64,000 nt of DNA from an uncultured Eubacteriales bacterium (GCA_963929865.1 CAWVKK010000047.1:11055-75054), one strand, 5' to 3'; positions 18,197 to 29,228 are shown, counted from the stretch's first letter. Notes: generated by a model not told the origin, from the letters alone. Numbers and translations: made by a program.

Positions 18197-20008
18197 TTTA
18201 TCGTCTAATTTCAGCACGCTCATAAACGCTTTCTGCGGAATCTCCACATTTCCGATCTGGCGCATCCGCTTCTTTCCCTCTTTCTGCTTTTCCAGCAGCT
18301 TTCGCTTGCGGCTGATATCGCCGCCGTAGCATTTTGCCAGCACGTCCTTTCTCATTGCCTTTACGGTTTCTCTGGCTATGATTTTGCTGCCGACCGCTGC
18401 CTGAATCGGGATCTCAAACAGCTGTCTGGGGATCTCCTCCTTCAATTTTTCGCACATTTTGCGCCCTCTCTCGTAGGCGGTCTGCGCCGGCACAATAAAC
18501 GAAAGCGCGTCCACCTCCTCGCGGTTGACCAGGATATCAAGTTTTACGAGTTCGGACCTTGAGTATCCCTTCATCTCATAGTCGAAGGAGGCATATCCTC
18601 TTGAGCGGGATTTCAGGGCGTCGAAAAAGTCATAGATAATCTCATTTAGCGGCAGCTCGTATCGCAGCAGCGCTCTCGTCGCCTCCATGTATTCCATCCC
18701 CAGATAGGTTCCTCGCCTCTCCTGACACAGCTCCATAATCGAGCCGATGAACTCCGTCGTCACCATAATCTCGGCGCTGACGATGGGCTCCTCCATATAG
18801 TCGATCTCGGTGGGGTCCGGAAGGTTTGCCGGGTTTGTCAGATCTACGACCTCCCCGTTTGTCTTGTGAATTTTATAGACAACTCCAGGCGCCGTTGTCA
18901 CCAGGTCGAGGTTGTACTCTCTCTCGAGGCGCTCCTGGATAATCTCCAGATGGAGCAGCCCTAAAAAGCCGCAGCGGAAGCCGAAGCCCAGCGCAATCGA
19001 CGTCTCCGGCTCAAACTGCAAAGAAGCGTCGTTTAACTGCAGCTTCTCCAGCGCGTCCCGCAGATCCGGATATTTTGCCCCGTCTGCCGGATAGATTCCG
19101 CAGTATACCATCGGGTTTACTTTTTTGTATCCCGGCAGAGGCTCTGCGCAGGGGCGGTTGGCGTCTGTCACCGTGTCTCCGACTCTCGTATCCTTCACGT
19201 TTTTCAGACTTGCCGTCAGATAGCCGACCATGCCGGCGCTTAGCTCGTCGCACGGGATAAACTGTCCCGCGCCGAAATACCCGACCTCCACGACGTCCGC
19301 CACCGTCTTGGTTGCCATCATTTTGATCGTCGTCCCTTTTTTTACGGTCCCCTCCATCAGCCTGCAAAAGACGATGACGCCTTTGTAAGAGTCATAGATG
19401 GAATCAAAAATCAACGCTTTTAACGGCGCGTCCGAATCTCCCGTCGGCGCCGGTATTTTCTCTATGATCTGCTCCAGCACCTGGTCAATGTTGATCCCCA
19501 TTTTCGCAGAGATCAGAGGTGCGTCCTGGGCCTCGATTCCGATCACATCCTCAATCTCATTGATCACGCGCTCCGGCTCTGCGCTGGGAAGGTCGATTTT
19601 GTTGATGACCGGCATAACGTCCAGATTGTGGTCCAGAGCCAGGTACACGTTTGCCAGCGTCTGCGCCTCGATTCCCTGCGCCGCGTCCACGACCAGGATC
19701 GCTCCGTCACATGCGGCGAGGCTTCGCGAGACTTCATAGTTAAAATCCACATGTCCAGGGGTGTCGATCAGGTTGAAGATATACTCCTCCCCGTTTTTCG
19801 CCTGATACACCGTGCGCACCGCCTGCGCCTTGATCGTAATGCCTCTCTCTCTCTCCAGGTCCATATTGTCGAGCACCTGCGCCTGCATCTCGCGGCTTGT
19901 CAAAAGCCCTGTCTGTTCGATAATCCGGTCCGCCAGCGTAGATTTGCCATGATCGATATGAGCGATAATACAAAAATTTCTGATATGATTCTGATCTATA
20001 CCTGCCAC
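18194..20008 (-). CDS. lepA: Elongation factor 4 (LepA)
   Basis: [33 protein letters not shown], and the LepA-specific C-terminus. Confidence 0.97.
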   Translation of the reverse strand: MAGIDQNHIRNFCIIAHIDHGKSTLADRIIEQTGLLTSREMQAQVLDNMDLERERGITIKAQAVRTVYQAKNGEEYIFNLIDTPGHVDFNYEVSRSLAACDGAILVVDAAQGIEAQTLANVYLALDHNLDVMPVINKIDLPSAEPERVINEIEDVIGIEAQDAPLISAKMGINIDQVLEQIIEKIPAPTGDSDAPLKALIFDSIYDSYKGVIVFCRLMEGTVKKGTTIKMMATKTVADVVEVGYFGAGQFIPCDELSAGMVGYLTASLKNVKDTRVGDTVTDANRPCAEPLPGYKKVNPMVYCGIYPADGAKYPDLRDALEKLQLNDASLQFEPETSIALGFGFRCGFLGLLHLEIIQERLEREYNLDLVTTAPGVVYKIHKTNGEVVDLTNPANLPDPTEIDYMEEPIVSAEIMVTTEFIGSIMELCQERRGTYLGMEYMEATRALLRYELPLNEIIYDFFDALKSRSRGYASFDYEMKGYSRSELVKLDILVNREEVDALSFIVPAQTAYERGRKMCEKLKEEIPRQLFEIPIQAAVGSKIIARETVKAMRKDVLAKCYGGDISRKRKLLEKQKEGKKRMRQIGNVEIPQKAFMSVLKLDDK

Positions 20009-20133
20009 GTTTTTTCCTCCAGTTTATGATTCGCTTTTCTTTCAGTATTTACTTTATATCGTAGCAAGTGTATCACAAGTCTTAGCCTCTTGTCTAGTGC
20101 GCAGCGCATTTCTCCTGCGCGGCGCCGGATCTT

Positions 20134-21420
20134 CTATCTTCCGCTTAAGACCTGGTCTAAAAGATCCGCAAAATATTTCATCGCATTTTTTTCTTCCTGC
20201 AGCGTATTTAGCTGAGTCCCTGCCTCGACGAGGAGAGAGCGCGGGCGCACATGGAGGTTGTAGCGGGCTCCTCTCAGATACATCGGGCGCATCAGCTCCG
20301 GATAATACTGTTTTGCCTTCAGATAAATCTGAAAAGAAAACGCCAGATTGTCTTCCAGATAAGGATTCGGCAGATACTCGATCGCTTCTCCCTCCGGCGT
20401 CCTGCTTAACCCGTTAAAGAGCATCACCGGCGCTGTCGCTTCCCCGTCAATCTCTGTCACCAATTTTTTGCCGTCCACTCCATCGCGGTGCAGGTCAATC
20501 ACCACTTCGATGCTCGGGTATTGGGCGAGAATCTGTTCTACCGCCTCCAGAGAATAGTCGTATGCCGCCTCGCGGTCCAGTACCCCGTCGATCAGATCGT
20601 ACACGCCGCGGTCGTGAATGACCTGATATCCATATGTTGTCTCTAAAAGTTCCGTCAGATAGTCTCCAACTCCTACGATCGTCGTCGTGTCGTCTCCCGG
20701 TATCGAATCGACAAACTCCTCCTGGGAATGCGTATGATAAATCAGAATCTGCGGCTTTGACGGGTCTTTCGTTATGCGGAAATCTTTTTCGATAAATTGA
20801 TCGCCGTTTAAAATAGTCTCATCGATTGATGTTGAGGTGTCTACAATGTAGTACTGGCTCAGAACAAACTGAAAATCTCCCAGCTGATCATACGGAATCT
20901 CCGCGACAGGATCCCTCTTTGTCAGCCCCTGCGCCGTCACAGCCACATTGTCCGTTTCCTGCTGCTGTGTTTCCTGCGCCGTCTCTGGGGACTGCTGGGG
21001 AGTCTGCGTATCTGCTTCTGTCTGAGCCGGCGTCTGAGGTTCTTCCGCTTCCTCCGTCTCTTTGCGCGCGTCTGCCTGAGTGGATACCTTGTCTTCTCTT
21101 TTTGAGGTGTCTTCTGTCTGGCTTGCGTTTTGGGACGCGATCTGCCGCTGTGCGACCTGATAAAGAGGCATTTCTGTCTTTGCCAGCTCTATCATCCAGT
21201 TTTCCTCCTGTCCTTTTTGATATGCCTCATACGTCAGCCCCGGCACCCACACAGACGCCGCTTTCTCTTCGACTGAGCGCTGAATGAAAGATGGAAAACC
21301 CATATTTCTAAAAAATGGGCTTTCCATCACAATTCCCGCTCCGCGGTATAAAATATATAATCCAAGCGCTCCGATTACGCTGCCGGCAAGCATCTGCATC
21401 CACTTTTGAAAATCTTTCAA
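20134..21420 (-). CDS. spoIIP: Stage II sporulation protein P
   Basis: N-terminal TM, a low-complexity Q/T/E linker, then ILIYHTHSQEEF...VIDLHRDGV, typical of SpoIIP. Confidence 0.9.
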   Translation of the reverse strand: MKDFQKWMQMLAGSVIGALGLYILYRGAGIVMESPFFRNMGFPSFIQRSVEEKAASVWVPGLTYEAYQKGQEENWMIELAKTEMPLYQVAQRQIASQNASQTEDTSKREDKVSTQADARKETEEAEEPQTPAQTEADTQTPQQSPETAQETQQQETDNVAVTAQGLTKRDPVAEIPYDQLGDFQFVLSQYYIVDTSTSIDETILNGDQFIEKDFRITKDPSKPQILIYHTHSQEEFVDSIPGDDTTTIVGVGDYLTELLETTYGYQVIHDRGVYDLIDGVLDREAAYDYSLEAVEQILAQYPSIEVVIDLHRDGVDGKKLVTEIDGEATAPVMLFNGLSRTPEGEAIEYLPNPYLEDNLAFSFQIYLKAKQYYPELMRPMYLRGARYNLHVRPRSLLVEAGTQLNTLQEEKNAMKYFADLLDQVLSGR

Positions 21421-21502
21421 TCCCTTCGCCTCACAATCAGATTCGACTGGTCCCTGTTCCTAATATATGAAGCTTCAGGAAAAATTATGATTGTTTTTTC
21501 TT

Positions 21503-22447
21503 TTATGCAAATGCAAGATTAATGCCTTCTGAAATCGTAAAGCTGATTCTTTTTACTGTCTCATCGATGTCCTTTGGCGTTACAAACATCGTATTTAAAT
21601 TCGGCGTCAGCAATTCCCGGATAATCTGATATTTTTCTTCCCTGTTCAGAGTCTTCAGCGTTCCTCCCAGCTCCTTTAGATGTTCCGACTCATCCATTGC
21701 CTCTACCAGGTTAAACATCGTATCGTTTACAATCGTTGCGGCGTCCACAACGGTAGGCACTCCTACTGCGATCACGGGAATGCCGATTGTCTGCCTGTTA
21801 ATCCCGCTTCTGTGGTTTCCCACCCCGGAGCCTGGATGAATGCCCGCGTCTGTAATCTGAATCGTGCGGTTAAGCCGTTTTGTGCTTCTTGCCGCCAGCG
21901 CGTCCACAACAATGATCAGATCCGGATGCGTCTCCTCTACCACCCCTCGGATGATCTCTGAAGTCTCCATTCCCGTCTGCGCCATCACTCCAGGCGTCAG
22001 AGAACTGATTTCACGGATTTCTTTCCCTTTTAAGAGAAGCTGACCATATTCCCTCACTACATGGCGTGTGATGCGGAGGTTGCCGACAACCTCCGGTCCC
22101 AGAGCGTCGGGCGTCACCTCTTTGTTTCCCAGACCCACAATCAGAATGGATTTTTCTTCTCTGGTCAGTCTTTTTAGGTGGCGCGCCACTTCCTTTGAGA
22201 TCTCCCGATGATATCCTTCATCCGGAATCGAAAGGTTCGGCGCTTCTATCGTAATATACGTTCCTACCGGCTTTCCCATCGCCTTTGCTCCATTTTCTGT
22301 CTCAATCCTGACTGTCGTCGTAAAAATTTCTCTTTTTTCATCTCTTTCTTCTTTCACATGGACTCCGCGCACGGAAACCTTCTGCGCGTCACAGTCTTCT
22401 TTCGCTTCCAGTGCAAGGTCTGTCCTCACATTAAAATTCCCCAGCAT
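21503..22447 (-). CDS. gpr: Germination protease GPR
   Basis: MLGNFNVRTDLALEA start at 22447 with a GAAAGGAG RBS; the track ORF is 17 codons longer. Also GLGN...TPDALGP and DALAA. Confidence 0.9.
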   Translation of the reverse strand: MLGNFNVRTDLALEAKEDCDAQKVSVRGVHVKEERDEKREIFTTTVRIETENGAKAMGKPVGTYITIEAPNLSIPDEGYHREISKEVARHLKRLTREEKSILIVGLGNKEVTPDALGPEVVGNLRITRHVVREYGQLLLKGKEIREISSLTPGVMAQTGMETSEIIRGVVEETHPDLIIVVDALAARSTKRLNRTIQITDAGIHPGSGVGNHRSGINRQTIGIPVIAVGVPTVVDAATIVNDTMFNLVEAMDESEHLKELGGTLKTLNREEKYQIIRELLTPNLNTMFVTPKDIDETVKRISFTISEGINLAFA

Positions 22448-22553
22448 ACATACTCCTTTCGTCAATCCCTGTCCCGTTTTTTGTCCCTTCTCGTGCAAAA
22501 GCCGGACTGCTTTTCATTTCTACTATTTTCTGCAAGTTTTTCGGAAATATGTA

Positions 22554-22582
22554 TTGACAGATAAAAAAGTATGTTTTAGAAT
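22554..22582 (+). promoter_or_regulatory. Sigma-A promoter of rpsT
   Basis: TTGACA at 22554-22559, a 17-nt spacer, TAGAAT at 22577-22582. Confidence 0.65.
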
Positions 22583-22673
22583 GTATAAGTGTGTTTACAT
22601 TAGAACGTCCGTGTCCGGCTTTAATGAAACAAATACAAATAACAATCAATCATGAAATTTGGAGGTGTACGGA

Positions 22674-22937
22674 TTGGCTAACATTAAGTCTGCAAAAAAG
22701 AGAATCTTAGTTAACAGAACAAAAGCCGAGAGAAACAAATCGATTAAATCTGGAGTAAAAACTGCCATCAAAAAAGTGGAAGCTGCAGTTGCGACAAATG
22801 ACAAGGAAGCTGCTAACACAGCTCTGCTCGCTGCGATCTCCACGATCGACAAAGCTGCTACAAAAGGCGTTTACCACAAGAACAACGCAGCTAGAAAAGT
22901 TTCTCGCTTGACAAAAGCCGTTAACGGAATTGCTTAA
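22674..22937 (+). CDS. rpsT: 30S ribosomal protein S20
   Basis: (M)ANIKSAKKRILVNRTKAERNK. The likely start is TTG at 22674, 8 nt after GGAGG (22661-22665). The track ORF begins at an upstream TTG (22659) that overlaps the RBS. Confidence 0.93.
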   Translation: MANIKSAKKRILVNRTKAERNKSIKSGVKTAIKKVEAAVATNDKEAANTALLAAISTIDKAATKGVYHKNNAARKVSRLTKAVNGIA

Positions 22938-22950
22938 TTATAAATGATAA

Positions 22951-22987
22951 AAAGCTTTCGATCCCGTCAGTCGAAAGCTTTTTTTTG
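22951..22987. terminator. Bidirectional terminator between rpsT and holA
   Basis: An 11-bp stem: aaagctttcga (22951-22961) pairs with tcgaaagcttt (22971-22981), followed by a T-run. Confidence 0.8.
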
Positions 22988-23959
22988 GCTGTATTTCACA
23001 ATCAGCAGCTCTACGCTCAGCGCATCCTGCATTTTTCCCGTCTTGACTGATTCTTCCGCCTCCACGCAGTCTTTTACCGCCTGTTTTAATTCTTCCGCTG
23101 AAAAAAGAGCCGCCTGCCTGATATAATTTTTGGCAATGAAACTGTGAAGCCCTGTCTGTTCTGCGATCTGTCTGCAGTCATATCCCTGGCGCTCCAGTTC
23201 TTTTACCTGCATCAGGAGGTGAAACTGCCGCGAAATCAAGAACAAAATTCTCATCGGCGGTTCCTTTAGCGCAAGCAGGTCATAGTAAAGGTCAAATGCT
23301 TCTTTCTGTCTTTTCTCAGCGATAGCGCGGATCATCTCAAAAATTTTGTTTACAGTCCGGTCCGATGTAATCTGCGCGACGTCCTCCTCGCTGATCACTT
23401 CCCGTCCCATCGTATAGCAGAGTAGTTTTTCCAGCTCTGCCGCAATATTTTCCATATCGTTTCCTGTCTTTTCCAGAAACAGCTCCATCGTCTGCTGCGT
23501 AATCCTTTTTTCTTCCTTTTTCAGGAGACTCAAGATCCATTTTGTCAGCGTTTTTTCATCCTGACGGGCAAATTCAACGGCACGTCCTACATTTTTTACA
23601 GCTTTATAGAGCTTATTTCTCTTGTCGACCTCATCTTCCACAAATAAAAAAATCGTTTCCCTCGGTATCTGCTTCAGATATCTTGCCATCTGCTCGTTTG
23701 CCGATTTAAAAAATCTGCTGTCCTCTATCACGATCAATCGGTAATCTGCAAAAAAAGGCAGCGTATCCGCCTGGTCAATCACAGCTTGCACGTCGATGTC
23801 TCTTCCGGCATAGCGGTTCAGGTTCATCGTGTCTTCGCCCCCGGAGATTGCCTGTTCAAGCTTTTTTTTATACTGTCGTTTTAGATACGTCTCTTCCCCG
23901 TATAATAAATATGCGTTTTTAAACTCTCGTCTTTTGATATCTTCCGCTAAATCTTTCAT
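22967..23959 (-). CDS. holA: DNA polymerase III delta subunit
   Basis: A 330-aa protein with a YLLYGEETYL N-terminus and the delta-subunit domain order. Its position next to rpsT matches Bacillus. Confidence 0.88.
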   Translation of the reverse strand: MKDLAEDIKRREFKNAYLLYGEETYLKRQYKKKLEQAISGGEDTMNLNRYAGRDIDVQAVIDQADTLPFFADYRLIVIEDSRFFKSANEQMARYLKQIPRETIFLFVEDEVDKRNKLYKAVKNVGRAVEFARQDEKTLTKWILSLLKKEEKRITQQTMELFLEKTGNDMENIAAELEKLLCYTMGREVISEEDVAQITSDRTVNKIFEMIRAIAEKRQKEAFDLYYDLLALKEPPMRILFLISRQFHLLMQVKELERQGYDCRQIAEQTGLHSFIAKNYIRQAALFSAEELKQAVKDCVEAEESVKTGKMQDALSVELLIVKYSQKKAFD

Positions 23960-24023
23960 TTGTCTTTTTCCTTACCTGTCCTTTTTCTTCTTTATTGATG
24001 ACGCTGTTATGTTTTCTATTTTA

Positions 24024-24236
24024 TCACAGCTTGTTTTTGTGTTCCATCTCTTCTTTCTCTTTCATCCGTTTTCTTTTTGTCATCAAACCGCCGATGCGCC
24101 CTGTCTCTTTCGCTGACAGTGATCTCCATCCCTCCTGCTCTACACGTTCAAGCAGTCCAAGCTCCTGCGCGATTTCATATTTCAGTTTTTCATCTGACGT
24201 CAAGTCTGTCTTATTTTCCTTTTTTCCCATAGACAA
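24024..24236 (-). CDS. Small acid-soluble spore protein, alpha/beta type
   Basis: KYEIAQELGL...LSAKETGRIGGLMTKR matches the alpha/beta SASP signature. The start is either TTG at 24236 or ATG at 24230. Confidence 0.8.
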   Translation of the reverse strand: MSMGKKENKTDLTSDEKLKYEIAQELGLLERVEQEGWRSLSAKETGRIGGLMTKRKRMKEKEEMEHKNKL

Positions 24237-24261
24237 AGACCATACTCCTTTCTTTTTTTTG

Positions 24262-24290
24262 AAGTATGGTCTGTTTTTTCTCTTCTATGC
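24262..24290 (-). promoter_or_regulatory. Candidate forespore (sigma-G/F-type) promoter for the SASP gene
   Basis: On the minus strand: GCATA (24286-24290), a 17-nt spacer, CATACTT (24262-24268), compared with the consensus GHATR-N17/18-CATxHTA. Confidence 0.4.
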
Positions 24291-24366
24291 AAGGTTCCCG
24301 CAAAATCTTCTGCTATTTTCCCGGAGTATTCTTCATCCCCCGTCCCCTTGGAAGTCCTCACGCTCT

Positions 24367-25647
24367 CTATCGTTTCATAAAAGCTTCTATCACGCCTAAC
24401 GCTTCTTCGAGATCTTTTCTTGTGTGGGCTGCTGAGAGGAACATTGCCTCAAACTGAGACGGTCCTAAGTGAATCTGATGATCCAGCATATAGTGGAAAT
24501 ATTCCGCAAATTTTGCCGTATCCGATGTCTTAGCGCTGGCATAATCATCAACGCGCTGACCGGTAAAGAAAATACATCCCAGGGAGCCCACATGGTTTAC
24601 CTGCCATGGTTTGCCCGCATCTTCTATAATCTGTCTGACTTTCCCGAAAAACCAATCGCCTTTTTCATTCAGCTCCTGGTAAATCTCGGGATGATCCTTC
24701 AAAATCGTAAGCTGCGCAATGCCCGCCGCCATCGCGACAGGATTGCCGCTGAGCGTTCCAGCCTGGTACACCCTGCCGACCGGAGAAACCTGGCGCATAA
24801 TCTCTTTTTTTCCTCCATACGCGCCGACCGGCATCCCGGCTCCGATAATTTTTCCAAACGTCGTCAGATCGGACTGTACTCCGTAATATCCCTGTGCCCC
24901 GTCAATGCCCAGGCGAAATCCTGTGATGACCTCGTCAAAAATCAGCAGCGCTTTGTACTGGGTGCAGATTTCTCTCAACCCTTCCAGAAATCCGGGCTTT
25001 GGAGGCACAACTCCCATGTTGGCTCCGACCGGCTCTACAATCACAGCCGCGATCTCCTGACCGAACTCTGAGAACAATGCCTCCACGCTGTCCAGATCGT
25101 TATAGACTGCCGAGAGCGTGTCTTCCGTGCAGCCTTTCGGCACTCCCGCGCTGTCCGGGATTCCGCTCGTCATCACGCCTGACCCGGCTTTGACCAGCAT
25201 CGCGTCGGAATGACCGTGGTAGCATCCCATAAATTTTACAATTTTATTTCTCCCAGTATATCCCCTCGCCACACGGACTGCGCTCATCACAGCCTCCGTT
25301 CCGGAATTGACCATGCGCACCATCTCGATGGAAGGAACGATCTGGCAGATCAGTTTTGCCATAATCACTTCTTTCTCAGTCGCCGCGCCGTAGCTGAGTC
25401 CTTTTTTGCACGCTTCCTCCACACATTTTAAAATTTCAGGGTGGTTATGTCCCAAAATCATCGGTCCCCACGAACCGATAAAATCAAGGTATGTAATCCC
25501 GTCCACATCCGTCATATACGCTCCCTGTGCATGGTCGATAAACCGCGGCGTGCCTCCGATGGATCCGAAAGCGCGCACCGGACTGTTGACTCCTCCCGGA
25601 ATCCATTCTACCGCTTCGCGAAACAGCTCTTCTGACTTTGTCATCAT
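24367..25647 (-). CDS. hemL: Glutamate-1-semialdehyde 2,1-aminomutase
   Basis: PGGVNSPVRAF, FDEVITGFR and full-length HemL similarity. Confidence 0.95.
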   Translation of the reverse strand: MMTKSEELFREAVEWIPGGVNSPVRAFGSIGGTPRFIDHAQGAYMTDVDGITYLDFIGSWGPMILGHNHPEILKCVEEACKKGLSYGAATEKEVIMAKLICQIVPSIEMVRMVNSGTEAVMSAVRVARGYTGRNKIVKFMGCYHGHSDAMLVKAGSGVMTSGIPDSAGVPKGCTEDTLSAVYNDLDSVEALFSEFGQEIAAVIVEPVGANMGVVPPKPGFLEGLREICTQYKALLIFDEVITGFRLGIDGAQGYYGVQSDLTTFGKIIGAGMPVGAYGGKKEIMRQVSPVGRVYQAGTLSGNPVAMAAGIAQLTILKDHPEIYQELNEKGDWFFGKVRQIIEDAGKPWQVNHVGSLGCIFFTGQRVDDYASAKTSDTAKFAEYFHYMLDHQIHLGPSQFEAMFLSAAHTRKDLEEALGVIEAFMKR

Positions 25648-26627
25648 CCAATTCTCCCTTCGTCCATAAATTTTGCCAGCTCTTTTGCAAAATAAGTGAT
25701 ATAGATGTCTGCCCCGGCGCGGTATACGCCCGCCGCCATCTCGCAGATAATTTTTTCCTCTTCAATCCATCCCATTTTTGCGGCTGCTTTTACCATCGCG
25801 TATTCGCCGCTGACACTGTATGCCGCAACCGGCACATGAACTATATTTGCCACTTCATTTACCACATCCAGATAAGACATCGCCGGTTTTACCATGACGA
25901 TATCCGCTCCCTCTTCTATGTCAAGAAGCGCCTCCTTTAATCCTTCTCTTTTGTTGTGGTAATCCATCTGGTACGATTTCCGATCCCCGAAAGCCGGCGC
26001 AGAGCCTGCCGCCTCGCGGAACGGTCCATAAAAAGCAGACGCGTATTTAACAGCATACGACATAATCGGCGTCTCCTTATGTCCGGCGCGGTCGAGACAT
26101 GTGCGGATTGCACGGACTCTGCCGTCCATCATGTCAGACGGGGCTACCATATCTGCCCCTGCTTCCACATGCGACAGCGCTGTTTTTGCAAGCAGCTTGA
26201 GCGTTTCGTCGTTCTCCACCTCATGACCGCAAAGTACGCCGCAGTGACCGTGCGACGTGTATTCGCACATACATACATCCGTCACATAGTACAGATCCGG
26301 AAATCTCTTCTTTGCCTCGCGCAGCGCTTTTTGGACAATTCCGTTTTCATCGTAAGCTCCGCTTCCCATCTCATCTTTTTGAGCTGGAATTCCAAATAAA
26401 ATTACAGAAGAAACACCGGCTTTTTCTAACCGTTCCAGTTCAAACATCATCCGGTCAGTGCTGTAGCGGTATTGTCCTTCCATAGACGGAATCGGATCCT
26501 CCAGGTTTTTTCCTTCCTGCACAAAAATCGGATAAATCAAAGAAGATTTGTCCATTCTCGTCTCTCTTACCATCTTTCTGAGTACTTCACTGCCTCTGAG
26601 TCTTCTTGGTCTGATTGTCATATCCAT
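25644..26627 (-). CDS. hemB: Porphobilinogen synthase (ALA dehydratase)
   Basis: RPRRLR, DVCMCEYTSHGHCG (zinc Cys cluster), VKPAMSYLD (Schiff-base Lys). There is a 4-nt overlap with hemL. Confidence 0.95.
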   Translation of the reverse strand: MDMTIRPRRLRGSEVLRKMVRETRMDKSSLIYPIFVQEGKNLEDPIPSMEGQYRYSTDRMMFELERLEKAGVSSVILFGIPAQKDEMGSGAYDENGIVQKALREAKKRFPDLYYVTDVCMCEYTSHGHCGVLCGHEVENDETLKLLAKTALSHVEAGADMVAPSDMMDGRVRAIRTCLDRAGHKETPIMSYAVKYASAFYGPFREAAGSAPAFGDRKSYQMDYHNKREGLKEALLDIEEGADIVMVKPAMSYLDVVNEVANIVHVPVAAYSVSGEYAMVKAAAKMGWIEEEKIICEMAAGVYRAGADIYITYFAKELAKFMDEGRIG

Positions 26628-26642
26628 TTTTCTTTCCTCCTG

Positions 26643-28154
26643 TTATCGCTTTTGCGCCCGGCACAACTGTTCTGTCAGCGCAATGACACTGTCAATAGAA
26701 GCTTTTTCCGAGACATACGTCTCCATTCCCAGTTGCTCTGCTTCTGCCTGAGTCTGTTTTCCGATACAGACTGCTTTTACTTTAGAGAAATCGATCTCTC
26801 CGACTGCCCGGGCGAATCCTCTGACGGTGGAGGCGCTGGTAAAGACCGCATAGTCGATCTCTCCGTTTTCAAACTCTTCTTTTTCGCGGATCACCTCTGA
26901 TTTTTCGTAGACGGTGTCATAGGTGGCTACCTCATCTGCTGTCAGTCCTTCTTTCTTTTTCAGTTCTTCTATCAGCGCTTCCGTCCCCATCGACGCCCGC
27001 GGAATGAGAATCCGTTCTGTGCCGACGCACAGCTTTGCCAGCTCTCTTCCGAGCGTTTCTCCATTATAGACGGTCGGCATAAAATCCGGATAGATGCCTT
27101 TTTCTTCCAGGGCTTTCTTCGTTCCCTCTCCGATCACTGCCACTTTAATATTCCAAAGCCGTCTGATATCTATCTTTTGTTTCTCCATCACTTTAAAAAA
27201 GACTTTCACTCCGGAAGGGCTGGTGAAAACCAGCCATTGATACGAATCTATCTCTTTTAATTTTTCTAAGAGAAGACTCTGATCCTCGCGCATAACGGTC
27301 CGGATTGCAGGCAGTTCCAGGACCTCTGCCCCCTTTTCTCTCAATCGTTTCGCCATACGCGACACAAGCTCTTTTGGTCGCGTCACCACAATCTTTTTCC
27401 CGAACAGAGGCATTTTTTCCCGCCATCCGAATTTTTCCGCCAGCGCGCATACTTGTCCCACCACGATGACTGCCGGCGTCTCGACGCCCTGCTTTTGCGC
27501 CTCTTCCGGCAGATCAGCGACCGTGGCCAAAATTCTTTTCTGCTGCGCTGTCGTTCCTTTTTGCAGGACAGCAGCCGGCGTAAAGGGATCCATGCCGGCT
27601 CTGAGAAGTCCCGCGCAGATACTGTCTAGAGCCGCCGCGCCCATCAAAAAAACAAGCGTGCCTTTTGTCCTGACAAGCGCCTCAAAGTCAATGTCATACT
27701 CCTCTCCTTTTTTCTTATGCCCCGTAATAATGTGAACAGAGGAGCAGAAATCCCGGTGCGTAACCGGAATCCCATTGTATGCCGGGACAGAAAGCGCGGA
27801 TGTCACCCCTGGGACAACTTCATACGGAATCTGATGCTGTGCCAGCAGTTCCAGCTCTTCCCCTCCGCGTCCAAACAAAAAAGGGTCTCCCCCTTTTAGG
27901 CGCACTACCTTTTTTCCCCGCTGCGCTTCTCTTAGAAGAACTTCATTAATCTGTTCCTGGGGCATCGTATGATTTCCGGCCCGTTTTCCCACATCAATCA
28001 GCTCTGCCGTCTCCGGAATCATATTTAGCACGCCGTCTCCGACCAGTCTGTCATAGACTACGACTTCTGCCTGTTCCAGCACCTCTTTTCCTTTCAGAGT
28101 AAAAAGTCCAGGATCCGACGGTCCTGCTCCTATCAGCCATACCTTTCCCGCCAT
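26643..28154 (-). CDS. Bifunctional uroporphyrinogen-III C-methyltransferase / uroporphyrinogen-III synthase (CobA-HemD fusion)
   Basis: The N-terminal half has [18 protein letters not shown]...[16 protein letters not shown] (SUMT). The C-terminal half has [10 protein letters not shown]...LVFTSPSGV (HemD). Probable start is MAGKVW at 28154. Confidence 0.92.
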   Translation of the reverse strand: MAGKVWLIGAGPSDPGLFTLKGKEVLEQAEVVVYDRLVGDGVLNMIPETAELIDVGKRAGNHTMPQEQINEVLLREAQRGKKVVRLKGGDPFLFGRGGEELELLAQHQIPYEVVPGVTSALSVPAYNGIPVTHRDFCSSVHIITGHKKKGEEYDIDFEALVRTKGTLVFLMGAAALDSICAGLLRAGMDPFTPAAVLQKGTTAQQKRILATVADLPEEAQKQGVETPAVIVVGQVCALAEKFGWREKMPLFGKKIVVTRPKELVSRMAKRLREKGAEVLELPAIRTVMREDQSLLLEKLKEIDSYQWLVFTSPSGVKVFFKVMEKQKIDIRRLWNIKVAVIGEGTKKALEEKGIYPDFMPTVYNGETLGRELAKLCVGTERILIPRASMGTEALIEELKKKEGLTADEVATYDTVYEKSEVIREKEEFENGEIDYAVFTSASTVRGFARAVGEIDFSKVKAVCIGKQTQAEAEQLGMETYVSEKASIDSVIALTEQLCRAQKR

Positions 28155-28159
28155 ATCGT

Positions 28160-29056
28160 CTATCTCCTTCCTTTCTGTGCGATTCCCCTCAATTTTTCTG
28201 CCAGGCGGATTCCGATCGCCTCGGCGTGACCGCACTCTCCGCTTTCTTCTCCTTTGCAGAATACCCCGCTTTCTTCATCGCAGTAAAGTCCTCTCAGCGT
28301 AATTCTGCCCGCCTCCACAGTGGCATATGCCGCGATGGGCGAAGAGCATCCCCCGTTGAGCGTCCTGACAAAGGACCTCTCGCACAGCGCAGCGTATGAG
28401 GCATTTTCTTCGCAGATCTCTTTCAGGTAAGCATAATCTTCGCCTTTTCTTCCCTGGATTGCCAAAATCCCCTGACCTGCCGCCGGAATCATCTCCTCCG
28501 GCTCTAAATATCTGCCGATACGGTTCTTAAGCCCAAGTCTTTTTAATCCTGCCGCTGCCAGAACCAGCGCGCCGTATTCTCCCTCGTCCAGCTTTCTCAG
28601 TCTCGTCAGCACATTCCCTCTGACCGGCGCAAAGGAGGCGTCCGGAAAAATCTCCTTTAGCTGCAAAATCCTTCTCTGGCTTGAGCAGCCGATCGGACGC
28701 TTGGGGTCCCTGCAGACGCTTCCCTGCGGATAGACGAGAACGTCTCTGGGATCTTCTCTCTTTGAAAATCCCACAATGGGAAGATCGTCTGCGGTCTCCA
28801 TGGGCATATCTTTTAGGCTGTGCACCGAGAGATCCGTTCTTCCCTCTCTGAGCGCCCTGTCCAGTTCTTTTACAAACAGCCCTTTTCCCCCGATCTTGTC
28901 GAGGGTCCGGTCTAAAATTATGTCTCCCGTCGTTTTCATTGTAATAAGCTGTGTCTCTATCTCAGGATGAAACTGCTCGATTGCTTTCATCACAAGCTCG
29001 CTCTGGATAACAGCCAGTCTGCTTTCTCTGCTGCCAATTCGTATGTTTCTTTTCAT
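28160..29056 (-). CDS. hemC: Hydroxymethylbilane synthase (porphobilinogen deaminase)
   Basis: MKRNIRIGSRESRLAVIQ start at 29056. TTGD...GKGLFVKELD and RGNVLTRLRKL. The track ORF is 20 codons longer. Confidence 0.93.
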   Translation of the reverse strand: MKRNIRIGSRESRLAVIQSELVMKAIEQFHPEIETQLITMKTTGDIILDRTLDKIGGKGLFVKELDRALREGRTDLSVHSLKDMPMETADDLPIVGFSKREDPRDVLVYPQGSVCRDPKRPIGCSSQRRILQLKEIFPDASFAPVRGNVLTRLRKLDEGEYGALVLAAAGLKRLGLKNRIGRYLEPEEMIPAAGQGILAIQGRKGEDYAYLKEICEENASYAALCERSFVRTLNGGCSSPIAAYATVEAGRITLRGLYCDEESGVFCKGEESGECGHAEAIGIRLAEKLRGIAQKGRR

Positions 29057-29198
29057 GTGTCTTCTCCTGGTCTTTCTGCCGCTTGTGGCTGTGCTTAAAT
29101 CTACTTCGCACATCAAGAAGCGGTGATCGTTCTTCGTTGTTTGCTGCCACTATGGCCGTATGAAACGTTATGGTGTGTTTCATTGTCTCGCTCTGTCC

Positions 29199-29228
29199 AT
29201 GATATCACATAATAATCGCAGGTGTAAA
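29199..29228 (-). promoter_or_regulatory. Candidate promoter upstream of hemC
   Basis: On the minus strand: TTTACA (29223-29228), an 18-nt spacer, TGaTATCAT (hexamer at 29199-29204). Confidence 0.35.

Noticed and set aside
20081-20133. GC-rich hairpin (gcgcag...ctgcgc) after spoIIP as a terminator
   Set aside because: The stem is only 6 bp and there is no U-tract in the minus sense, so it is too weak to call.
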